From assembly GCF_000829315.1 (NCBI RefSeq), contig NZ_AP013028.1, forward strand, positions 1,080,001-1,112,000: a stretch of DNA of 32,000 nt. The letters run 5' to 3'. Below are positions 19,621 through 28,967 of this stretch, in pieces. Position numbers and translations under genes: made by a program. This DNA comes from Wolbachia endosymbiont of Cimex lectularius. GTDB taxonomy: Bacteria > Pseudomonadota > Alphaproteobacteria > Rickettsiales > Anaplasmataceae. Within the stretch, counting starts at the first letter, position 1, and the number at the start of each line of letters is the position of its first letter. The notes under the pieces were generated by a model. The model was not told where the DNA came from. It worked only from the letters and a program-made list of their open reading frames with translations, and ran no database searches.

Positions 19621-20907
19621 TTAAGCTGCAGTCCTATAATGTCTACTGTTGATGATTATTTCACCTATTGTAACTGCTGCTAAAATAAAGCAGTAATACA
19701 CCTGTGTTAATAAAGAAATAGGTGATATAGAGGCTATGCTACCCGCTAGCAGTAGCTGAGAACCATAAGGCAAGATGCCTTTTGTAGCACAAGCAAAAAC
19801 ATCTAATAAGTATGCACTGCGGTGTGGCGCAATATTGTGTTTTTGTGCGAGCCTTTTTGCAATGCCACCACTTAATAAAATAGCAATGGTATTATTGGCA
19901 ACCAGAACAGTGAACATAGATGCTATTCCTGCTATCACAAATTCAGTTTTAGTCTTTGTAATATCACTTTTATCGATGAGTTTATGCAATGCTTTTTGAC
20001 CTTGTTTATATATTATATGGCTTAGTCCACCAATAAATAGAGCAAAGATCACTATTTCGTTTACTTTCTTAAAACCATTATATATGTCATGAGGAAATTG
20101 AATAACAGCGTAATCAAAAAAGACTGTTCCTAGCACACCAGCAATAATTATGTTTATAGTTAGTGTTACTAAAGTAGAAACTTCAAGCAGACCCATGATT
20201 ATTAGAGAAATGTAAGGGATAACTTTTATTATCGATAAATAATCTAAGTTTGAGATAGTAACAATTTTTGTACTGTCTGCAGTTACTGCCAGATAGACAA
20301 GTGTTATAATGCTGGCAATAAACGCTACTTTAGAGTTCACTTTAAGTTTATCCTTTATTGCAGCTCCTTGTGAAGAAACAGAAGCAATAGTGGTGTCGGA
20401 TATCATTGAGAGGTTGTCACCGAATACGGCACCTCCAACCACAGTTGCAGTTCCTATTTCAAGACCAAAAGCTCCACTTTTTGCCAGGTTAACGGCGATT
20501 GGTACCATTAGCGCAACAACTCCCATGGACGTACCGATTGCGGTTGAAATAAAAGCAGAAGCCAAGAATATTCCAGGCAACAGTAACCTTGTTGGAAGGA
20601 AATTGAGAATTAAATTAGCAACAGTGTCTGCACTACCAATTGATTGAGTAACAGAAGAAAATGCTCCAGAAAATAGAAAAATTAAGCACATAGTAAGGGT
20701 ATTTTTGTCACCCATGCCCTCGATGACAGTATCGATGTTATGCTGGATTTTATTTGTACCGCGTGAAACAGCAAAAAATAGTGCTGGTAGTAAGCAAATT
20801 ACCGGTGAAACCTGATGAAGTGGATTATCAGTTCCGATAAAGGAGAAATAAGTTCCGCTTCCAAGGTATAGAATTAAAAAAATAAACAGAGGAACAAAAG
20901 CTGTCAT
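19621..20907 (-). CDS. Na+/H+ antiporter NhaC family protein
   Basis: Polytopic; FISTAIGTSMGVVALMVPIAVNLAKSGAFGLEIGTATVVGGAVFGDNLSMISDTTIASVSSQG is the conserved NhaC-type core. Confidence 0.85.
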   Translation of the reverse strand: MTAFVPLFIFLILYLGSGTYFSFIGTDNPLHQVSPVICLLPALFFAVSRGTNKIQHNIDTVIEGMGDKNTLTMCLIFLFSGAFSSVTQSIGSADTVANLILNFLPTRLLLPGIFLASAFISTAIGTSMGVVALMVPIAVNLAKSGAFGLEIGTATVVGGAVFGDNLSMISDTTIASVSSQGAAIKDKLKVNSKVAFIASIITLVYLAVTADSTKIVTISNLDYLSIIKVIPYISLIIMGLLEVSTLVTLTINIIIAGVLGTVFFDYAVIQFPHDIYNGFKKVNEIVIFALFIGGLSHIIYKQGQKALHKLIDKSDITKTKTEFVIAGIASMFTVLVANNTIAILLSGGIAKRLAQKHNIAPHRSAYLLDVFACATKGILPYGSQLLLAGSIASISPISLLTQVYYCFILAAVTIGEIIINSRHYRTAA

Positions 20908-21099
20908 TTTACCATATTTAAAAACTTAGGATAACTAATTAAGTTGCTTTGATCAAGCACTAATCCCCGGTTCCACTAATTCTACAGGAAGCTAACAGCG
21001 GAGTTTTAAACTCCAATGTCACATCTGCAGAGGAAACGCATTGACTTTTGTGCCATAATATGTAATAATTAAAATATTGTTTGAAGTAGGGGAAAAGTT

Positions 21100-21745
21100 A
21101 TGACAATGGAATACAATCAGTGGAAAGAAATATTAAGTGCAGTTAATGCTGACAAAAATTTAAGCAAAGATAACGTAATTGAAAAAATAAAAGGGGAATT
21201 GCCACAAGATTCAGATGAATATAAAGAGTGGAGTGAGGCTAATTTTGATGTAAATTACCAATTCGAAATGGAAAGAATGCCCCGTGGAGAGGGCTATCAA
21301 ACAGGAATGGGAGCTATTTTGGATCTTTCTTGTACATTATTGGGTTTGGCTACTATAAATGGCTATACAAAGGTGGTTGACGTTTTAGCTAAGGCAGAAG
21401 CAGATGTTAGTAAAGTATTAGGTGAAGGAAACACACCTTTGCATTTGGCTGCTTATTACGGCCATATAGAGATAGCTGATATTCTAATAAAAGCAGGAGC
21501 AAATCCTAGCGCAGCAAGTGATAGTGAAAATACCCCTTTACATTGGGCTGCTTACAAGGGCTATAGGGACACAGTTAACCTTTTAATAAAAGCAGGAGCA
21601 AATCTTAATGCAGTAAATGGCTGCAAAGAAACACCCTTAAATCGAGCTGCCAAATATAACAATACAAAAATGTTTGATATTCTAACAAAGGCAGGGGCAG
21701 ACCTTTTAACGTTTGACAAAAATGGGCATATAAGACAGTTCTTAG
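21100..21745 (+). pseudogene. Ankyrin-repeat protein, 3' end interrupted by IS copy 3
   Basis: Three or more repeats (NTPLHLAAYYGHIEIADILIKAGANP, NTPLHWAAYKGYRDTVNLLIKAGANL, ETPLNRAAKYNNTKMFDILTKAGADL); final EPV* comes from the IS end. Confidence 0.85.
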
Positions 21746-22605
21746 AACCTGTTTAAAATCTTGGAAATGTGAGGTAAAGTAAGCATAGATTAATAATGAG
21801 GTGTCTATGCAGAAAAGTTATCCAAGTAATATAAGTCAAGAGCAGTTTGAAAAAATCAGGCCAATTTTGGAGAGTAGCAAGCAGAAAACAAAACCAAGAA
21901 AACTTGATTTGTATGACGTATTTTGTGGGGTGTTGTACGTCTTAAAAAGTGGTTGTCAGTGGAGGATGTTACCAAAGGGTTTTCCAAGATGGGAAAGCGT
22001 ATATTACTATTTTCGAGTGTGGAGTAAAAAGAATGGAGAAGAGCCAAGCTTGTTGGAATTAGTCTTAAAAAAAATTAGTTGGAGAGGTCCGTATCAGCAA
22101 TGGTCGGAAAGAGAAAACTAGCTTTTGTATAATTGATTCTCAAAGCGTTAAAAACGCAGATACTGCTGAAAAAAAAAGGCTATGATGCAGGTAAAAAGAT
22201 TTCAGGGATAAAGCGCTATATTGCAGTTGATACACAAGGTTTGCCACATGCAATTTATGTAACAACGGCAGAAGCAACTGACCGTAGCAGTGCTGTGAAA
22301 ATGGTCGAAAATGCTAAAGCAAACCTCTCTGAAGTTAAAAACATACTGGTTGATGCTGGCTACACAGGAGAAAATTTTGCAACACAAATAAAAGCTATCA
22401 TTGGTGCGACTGTTGAAGTAATAAAGCGAAGTGAGTTACACACTTTCGTCGTATTGCCAAAAAGATGGGTTGTTGAACGCTCTTTTGCCTGGTTAGAAAA
22501 GTGCAGGCGATTGTGGAAAAATTGCGAGCGGAAGCTCAACACTAGCTTACAGATGATAGTCCTCTCCTTCATTTCTCTCCTGTTACGAAGATTTTAAACA
22601 GGTTC
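21746..22605 (+). mobile_element. IS5-type insertion sequence, copy 3 (inverted relative to copies 1 and 2; transposase frame damaged)
   Basis: Same terminal repeats, flanking TTA direct repeats. The poly-A run in ORF2 appears as 9 A (22163 region) against 8 in copies 1 and 2, breaking the IIDSQSV...AEKKGYDAGKK frame. Confidence 0.92.
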
Positions 22606-23300
22606 TTATATGCAGCAAGATACTGGCTGTTAGATTCTGAATTGGGAATTTGCAAAAGATTTGATGGAATAGCTCCTCCATTATCTTTGCCAAAGCTACT
22701 ACCAATATTGTGCCCTGATGGCCGTTCCTTTGGAGTATAATAAGCCTTTGGGTTCTCTATAAGTTTTTTCATCCGGCCACTGTATTCAACTAGCACTTTT
22801 GTGACATCTGCTTTAGGCCACTCGGTCTTGCTGAACCACCACACAGCATTAACAGAATCTTTTACTCTGATTTTTCTCTTATTGACCCATTCAATCGGAC
22901 TTGGCAATTTAGAGGGATTATACCAATAGAAATCTTCTGCAAGGAAGAAGCCTATATCATCACAAAAATGCATAAGCACCCTAAAATTATATAAACTCCT
23001 TGATGGCGCGCCTTTTTCATAAGCCCCACCTAAATCAAGCACAAAGCTGCCTGTATCTTTTAGTTTGCTGTGTACTAATTTTGCAAATTGGCTAAGCCAT
23101 GAAACATATTCCGTTTGGGATTCATTTCCGTATTCTTTTTTTCTTTGCAAAGCAAACGGTGGACTGGTTATTACGAGATCCAAGCTATTATCTGGTAATT
23201 GCGGCAATAGGTCAAGCGAGTCTTCACAATATGCAACTCCCATATCTGTAGTATATGTGGGTTTATTATTAAATTTAAAGTTTTCCAATATGTGTACCAT
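22606..23300 (-). pseudogene. DNA methyltransferase (N4/N6, ParB/prophage-associated type), C-terminally truncated
   Basis: CEDSLDLLPQLPDNSLDLVITSPPFALQRKK (motif IV TSPPF), KLPSPIEWVNKRKIRVKDSVNAVWWFSKTEWPKADVTKVL; no C-terminal motif I (FAGSGTT-type). Last residues of ORF 22569..23300 are IS-encoded. Confidence 0.85.
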
Positions 23301-24125
23301 TGGAATTCTTGAATTTTACTGAATTGATTGGTAGTTTTAAGGCACCTGCTACTTAAATTTAGGTGCCCATTAAGTAGTTGGAAATAACAAACCGGTTCAG
23401 TTGCCTACCCCATAAGTTTGGTACTCCCTTTCAATCATAAGGTACCTTGCTGCTTGAAATATTTCCCTTGTAAAATTAAGTTACCTTTTACATCAGCTTA
23501 TTTAAGCTGCACTAGCACGTTTTGGCCTTTTGTAGATGAGTAATTCTCTAGGAATTATCCTATTGAATTCTATGATATTACTTTTTGTATCATTGTACTC
23601 ATTATCATAAAATTGGAGGTATTCAGTTATCTTCATCTGTGCAGATTAAACGACAAGAGTATTATAGTTGGCGTCTTATGTTTAATTTTTTGCACTATGT
23701 GCACCTCATGTCTTTATTAATTTCACCTAGACTTCTAGGTTTTTCCCTATACAAGCTGAAACGCGCTTATAAGTCGTTTAAGACAGTATAGTACGCCAAT
23801 TTGCAGGATCAGAGAGTGAGCAACTTCTACCACGTGGTTCTTTTGTCTTTTTTTCTGCTTAGTAAGTTTTTTAGCGCTTAAGCTAAGGGTCTGTTGCAGT
23901 TTAAAAGTCGCTAAATTGCAGCGTTTAAGACTTAAAAAAATGCCAATACTAAAAATAAATACCGACCGGAGTTTCTTTTGCCTTTTCTTCTATTTGGTAA
24001 ATTTTTTAATATAATTGCAATGCAAGATGAGGCTTGGGTTCGTAGGCCAATGCATCCGAAACAAAAAGATTGAATATTTCTTCAGAATTGTGTATAATTA
24101 CTAATGCTTTTTAAGTGAATTTCTT

Positions 24126-25052
24126 ATGGCTTTTTCTAAATTCCTAGACCCAAAGTTGGACTTAACATTCAAAAGAATATTTGGTAACGAGGGAAATAAG
24201 AATATCCTTATTCACTTTCTTAATGATATTTTAGGATTTACTGGAATAGACACTATAAAAGAAGTTGAGTTTCTCAGCACCATTATGGATCCGGAAATCG
24301 CCTCTGATAAGCAGAGCATAGTTGATGTTCTTTGCAAGGATTCTAGCGGCCACAGATACGTGATTGAAATGCGACTCGCTCGCGATAAAAGCTTTGAAGA
24401 ACGCGCACAACTATATGCTGCCAAAGCTTATTCAAGACAGGCTGGAAGAGGTAGCGAATATATTAATTTAAAGAAAGTATTCTTTATTGCCATCTCTAAT
24501 AACATTCTGTTTCCTGATGAGGTTGGGTACATTTCTACTCATAATATACGGGAGGTAAAAACTAATGGACATTACCTGAAAGGTTTTCAATTTGTCTTTA
24601 TTGAATTACCTAAATTCAAAAAAGACAAAGTGGAACAGTTGGAGAGTACAGTAGAGCGCTGGTGCTTTTTTTTCAAACACGCAGAAGATACTACAGATGA
24701 AGACCTAAAAGATATAGCAGAAAAATCTCCAATAATAAATCTAGCGTACGATGAGTTAAACAAGGAACGCTGGAGTGAGAAAGATCTGGTGGCATACGAA
24801 GAAAGGTTAATGGATCTACGGAAAGAAGAAGCCATCCTTGCATACAGACTTGACACTGCTAAAGAAGAAGGTAGAGAGGAAGGAAAAAAGGAAGGTAAGA
24901 AGAAAAGAGAGACTGAAATAGCAAAAGCAATGCTTGCTGAAGGCATGAACGCTGCTACCATCGCTAAGTTAACAGGATTATCTACTGGTGAAGTCGAAAA
25001 ACTACGGTTTACATATGATCAAGATAAGAAACGTGAAGATGATCTGTCTTAA
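24126..25052 (+). CDS. Rpn family recombination-promoting nuclease / PD-(D/E)XK nuclease family transposase
   Basis: MAFSKFLDPKLDLTFKRIFGNEGNKNILIHFLNDIL, KQSIVDVLCKDSSGHRYVIEMRL; C-terminal charged coil with TGLSTGEVEKL. Confidence 0.9.
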   Translation: MAFSKFLDPKLDLTFKRIFGNEGNKNILIHFLNDILGFTGIDTIKEVEFLSTIMDPEIASDKQSIVDVLCKDSSGHRYVIEMRLARDKSFEERAQLYAAKAYSRQAGRGSEYINLKKVFFIAISNNILFPDEVGYISTHNIREVKTNGHYLKGFQFVFIELPKFKKDKVEQLESTVERWCFFFKHAEDTTDEDLKDIAEKSPIINLAYDELNKERWSEKDLVAYEERLMDLRKEEAILAYRLDTAKEEGREEGKKEGKKKRETEIAKAMLAEGMNAATIAKLTGLSTGEVEKLRFTYDQDKKREDDLS

Positions 25053-25224
25053 CCAAAAATTTGATGAAGGTGTTGAAGTTGGTATTGAGAAAGGAAAAAC
25101 TGAAGGAAAAATCGAAGTGGCTAAAAACCTTCTTAAGGCTGGTGTATCTGTTGACTTGATAGCTGAATCTACTGGTCTTTCTAAAGCTGAAATTGTACAA
25201 CTCAAAGAAGAAGTTACGAGTTAA
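24988..25224 (+). pseudogene. Out-of-frame second Rpn-type C-terminal tail
   Basis: FDEGVEVGIEKGKTEGKIEVAKNLLKAGVSVDLIAESTGLSKAEIVQLKEEVTS resembles the tail of the upstream ORF but lies in another frame. Confidence 0.65.
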
Positions 25225-25416
25225 TTTCAAATCGCTTAGCCGAGCAGACACTGATATTTTGAAGTAAACATAAATAACCAGCCACCAACGGGGCTTCTTT
25301 TGTCTTTTTTTCTTGTTTAGTAAATTTCTTAAGTATGGAGGTTACACCAACTTTCGTTATCAAACAAGATATATAATAAGTTCGCTAAACCTCTAATCGT
25401 AGGGAAACTTTTTAAT

Positions 25417-26457
25417 TTACCATTGGGACTTGGTTGAAATTTCACCTACTTGGCTTTGGCAGCAGGAGATTGGTGTTGTTGTGGTGGCGTGTTTTATGTC
25501 TGCCAGTTGCGGTAAAACCTTCACTGTTTCAGTACTTTCCGGTTGTGCTTGTTGCAATTGTGATGCTAATGCTTCATATAAAGATTTTGGTTCACGTCTC
25601 TTGCCTACTTTTACTTCTTTATTTGCGCGTAACTGTTCTTCAGTAACACCGTTGCTTTCAAGAAGCCTTACACCATTCTTATTGTCAATATTAATTTTAA
25701 TTTTACATTCTTTTCCATCAACATACCACCTTAAGGTCATTTCATATAATCCACTAATTATTTCATAAACTCTTTCCCCATTATCATTAATATAGCAACA
25801 TGCACCTCTCTTTTTTTCTTGATTAGGATGACAAAACGTAGTTGTTTTCACATTGTACTTTTTACATATATTACCACTCAGAAGTTTAGCTATATCTACT
25901 CTTTCTTTACTAGCATTCAACACAACTCTCACGGAAGGGTAAACAACATTCTCTTCCCTTTTACCTTCTTTTATCATTATGGACCCTATGGTATGATTTT
26001 TCATACCTTCGGATATCTCCGATTTAATTTGGTCAGCAATTTTGCCTACAATCTCTTTGCCGTGATACTGAGTTTCTCCTTTCTTCGGAGAAAAAGGTTT
26101 TTGGTTTGTAGTATTGGTAGAAGGGTTGTTCTGTAACTTAAAGAATTCATCCCATTCTTCATCGCTTTCCAACTTGACACGTCCACGCTCTGGTGTTGAT
26201 TTAGGTACATTCTGAGTGCTCAAATCACCAGAAAGCCCTTCTGTTGCAGCCGTACCAGCTTGCTCTTGCTTCACTTCATTATTTAGAAGGATAAGATGCT
26301 CTTCTGACTTTTTTTCACTTGGCTTTGAAGTTGCGTTATCAAAAGAAGACTCTTCGACCATAGGTGCGTAAGAATTTTTAACTTTATTCCTAATTGCGGA
26401 ATAAATAGCTCCACAGAATTCTCTGATCTTGCCTAACATATACCCCTCCATTTTCAA
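25417..26457 (-). CDS. Hypothetical protein (about 340 aa), hydrophilic, no recognised domain
   Basis: Long ORF with a short amphipathic N-terminus MLGKIREFCGAIYSAIRNKVKNSY and a Ser/Lys/Glu-rich linker; likely start at 26439. Confidence 0.65.
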   Translation of the reverse strand: MKMEGYMLGKIREFCGAIYSAIRNKVKNSYAPMVEESSFDNATSKPSEKKSEEHLILLNNEVKQEQAGTAATEGLSGDLSTQNVPKSTPERGRVKLESDEEWDEFFKLQNNPSTNTTNQKPFSPKKGETQYHGKEIVGKIADQIKSEISEGMKNHTIGSIMIKEGKREENVVYPSVRVVLNASKERVDIAKLLSGNICKKYNVKTTTFCHPNQEKKRGACCYINDNGERVYEIISGLYEMTLRWYVDGKECKIKINIDNKNGVRLLESNGVTEEQLRANKEVKVGKRREPKSLYEALASQLQQAQPESTETVKVLPQLADIKHATTTTPISCCQSQVGEISTKSQW

Positions 26458-26520
26458 TGCACAACACCAGCATACAGCATTATGTCAATTAGTCAACAAT
26501 AATTATGGCAGAAAAGCTAT

Positions 26521-27501
26521 TTAATATCGAAGACTCAAATACTCCTTTGCTTGATCGGTTAAAACACGTCCTCTTGGTGTGCGCTTTACAAAACTGATTT
26601 TTATTAAATAAGGCTCTACTGTTTCTTCAATATTGCCAGCATCTTCAGATAACGCAATAGATATGGTGTCAATTCCAACAGGTCCTGAGGTGTTGAATAA
26701 AAATCTTAGGTAATCCATATCTAATTTATTTAATCCCATCTTATCTATGCCCAATTTTGATAGCGCAGAGTCAGCAATTTCGTAGATAATTTTTTTATCA
26801 TCTTCCGCTTCAACAAAATCTCTTATTCTTCTGAGTAACCTCAAAGCAATTCTTGGGGTGCCGCGTGCACGGCAGGCAATTTCCCGTATGGCACCCTCTT
26901 CGATTTCGGCAGAAAGAACTCTTGCGCCTCTTTTTATAATATCAACCAGTTCCTCAAAAGAATAAAATTCAAGGTGCAAAGGGATGCCAAAACGATCCCT
27001 AAGCGGTGCAGAAAGCAGTCCAAGCCGTGTTGTTGTTCCAATCAACGTAAATGGTGGTAAGTCTATTCTTAAAGTGCGAGTGGATGGGCCTTCGCCTACC
27101 AGTATGTCCAAGCAAAAGTCTTCCATGGCGGTATATAAGACTTCTTCAATGCTGCGATTTAACCTATGGATTTCGTCGATAAATAAGACATCTTTTGCAT
27201 TTAAAGTGGTGAGCACTGCAGCTAAATCTCCAGCTTTATTAAGTAAAGGACCAGAAGTTGCACGAAAGCTAACCCTTAACTCCTTAGAGACAATTTGTGC
27301 CAAGGTTGTTTTGCCAAGTCCTGGAGGACCGTGTAGTAAAACATGATCCAAAGCTTCAGTTCTCGTCTTTGCGGCATTTATAAATACTTTTAAATTTTGT
27401 ATTAAATCTTTTTGCCCAACAAAATCATCAAGTTGTTCAGGCCTAATGTTTACATTACGCGCATCTTCAGCATATTCTTTGTCATATGATATTGACTTCA
27501 T
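26521..27501 (-). CDS. ruvB: Holliday junction branch migration DNA helicase RuvB
   Basis: [66 protein letters not shown]. Confidence 0.98.
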   Translation of the reverse strand: MKSISYDKEYAEDARNVNIRPEQLDDFVGQKDLIQNLKVFINAAKTRTEALDHVLLHGPPGLGKTTLAQIVSKELRVSFRATSGPLLNKAGDLAAVLTTLNAKDVLFIDEIHRLNRSIEEVLYTAMEDFCLDILVGEGPSTRTLRIDLPPFTLIGTTTRLGLLSAPLRDRFGIPLHLEFYSFEELVDIIKRGARVLSAEIEEGAIREIACRARGTPRIALRLLRRIRDFVEAEDDKKIIYEIADSALSKLGIDKMGLNKLDMDYLRFLFNTSGPVGIDTISIALSEDAGNIEETVEPYLIKISFVKRTPRGRVLTDQAKEYLSLRY

Positions 27502-28088
27502 AATGTTGAAAGCTCCTTAAGTGCCATGCGGATAATCTCCTTAGTGTCCAGGTTTGGTGATTCATCCTGTATTTTTTTTATTGTATCATAAGCTCTCATT
27601 TTTTCATACCCGAGGTTGATCAAAGCTGAAACAGCGTCTTCTTTAATTGGATGGAAATTGCTGTTATTTATTTCTAATTTACTCACTTTGCCACTCAGTT
27701 CTGTAATAATTCGATTAATGAGTTTGAGGCCAAGCCCGCTTATCTTGAGTGTTACTTTATCTTCATTCATAATTGCCAAAAACAACTGTTCTGGGGTTAA
27801 TTTACTCAAAATTGACATTGCAGTTTTATAGCTAACGCCGCTTACTTTAACAAGCAAGCGCAAGCACTGCTGTTCTTCTCTGCTTATGAAACCATATAGC
27901 TGAGTAATGTTTTCTCTATTATTTGCATAGGTTTCAATAAGCAATTTGATTTTACTTCCAGTGGAGCATGCATTTAGAGCTTTGGCTGAAAGGTATACTA
28001 TATAGCCAACATCATTTACATTCAGGATTATATGATCGCTATGAACTTCGTCGACTATTCCGCTTAGGTTTCCTATCATTTTCAGCAC
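27498..28088 (-). CDS. ruvA: Holliday junction branch migration protein RuvA
   Basis: [31 protein letters not shown]; overlaps ruvB by 4 nt. Confidence 0.95.
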   Translation of the reverse strand: MLKMIGNLSGIVDEVHSDHIILNVNDVGYIVYLSAKALNACSTGSKIKLLIETYANNRENITQLYGFISREEQQCLRLLVKVSGVSYKTAMSILSKLTPEQLFLAIMNEDKVTLKISGLGLKLINRIITELSGKVSKLEINNSNFHPIKEDAVSALINLGYEKMRAYDTIKKIQDESPNLDTKEIIRMALKELSTL

Positions 28089-28206
28089 TGTATAGAGTTC
28101 AGTTTAAAAACTCCTGGATTCTAGGTCAAGTGTTGGTCTGAGATGTGTGGTCTTATCCTTTTGAATTTATAGCGCTCCAGAATCTAACCATCACACCCTC
28201 CATATA

Positions 28207-28881
28207 CTACTTATAACTCACTTTCACGCAATATCGGTTGTTCTTAAAAAGCAACCTAACATTTTTTATTCCTTGATTGCGAAGCTTTGATGCAGCTGAC
28301 TTGGCAGTCTGAGCATTTTCAAAAAATGCGACATATCCCCTACTTTCTGCACTGTTTTGTTTTGGGTGACGTTTCTGCATTTCTTTTTCGTACTGCTTTT
28401 TATAATGAGGGGTTTTTTGTATTAGTCGCCTTGACATTTTTTTTAGATACGTAATTTTTACCATAGTTAATCCATCTTCATGGAATCCTAAAATTTTCGC
28501 TGCTTTTTCTGAAAGATCTATTATTCTACCCTTAACAAATGGCCCTCTATCGTTAACTCTTACGATAAGTTGCTTTCCATTTTTTAAGTTAGTGACAAGA
28601 ACAAAGCAGGGTAGAGGTAAAGTCTTGTGCGCTGCGGAAATTGAGTTACGGTCAAACACTTCACCGTTTGCTGTAAGTGTACCATGATCTTCCATCCCAT
28701 ACCACGATGCTACTCCTATCTCCTCGTGATGGTTACAGTGCTTGGGATAATAAGTTACCCCATTTACTGTGTAGCTATTGCCAATTTTATAATGGCCTGC
28801 GGCATCATTACACCTGCTGCGAAAACTGCAACTACTTATCAAAACAAATATTAGGCATAAAAAAGCTAGATTTTTTATCAT
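28207..28881 (-). CDS. rlpA: Septal ring lytic transglycosylase RlpA family lipoprotein with C-terminal SPOR-like region
   Basis: Lipobox LISSC; [60 protein letters not shown]. Confidence 0.92.
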   Translation of the reverse strand: MIKNLAFLCLIFVLISSCSFRSRCNDAAGHYKIGNSYTVNGVTYYPKHCNHHEEIGVASWYGMEDHGTLTANGEVFDRNSISAAHKTLPLPCFVLVTNLKNGKQLIVRVNDRGPFVKGRIIDLSEKAAKILGFHEDGLTMVKITYLKKMSRRLIQKTPHYKKQYEKEMQKRHPKQNSAESRGYVAFFENAQTAKSAASKLRNQGIKNVRLLFKNNRYCVKVSYK

Positions 28882-28967
28882 TGTATTCAGTGAAAGGGTT
28901 CGATACCATGAGGATTTTAAATTATACTATAACAAATTTAGTAATCAGTAAACGTCTACTGCTAAAT

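Noticed and set aside
23301-24100. Small ORF 23585-23791 and hairpin GGCACCT...AGGTGCC (23341-23367) as a gene or CRISPR-like array
   Set aside because: The ORF has no motif or clear RBS; the hairpin occurs once with no regular spacing. It could be a weak terminator but evidence is insufficient.
22569-25224. Methyltransferase plus Rpn nuclease as a restriction-modification or defence system
   Set aside because: The methyltransferase lacks its C-terminal SAM motif and is separated by a decayed gap. The Rpn family is a recombination-promoting/transposase-like nuclease not known to pair with it.
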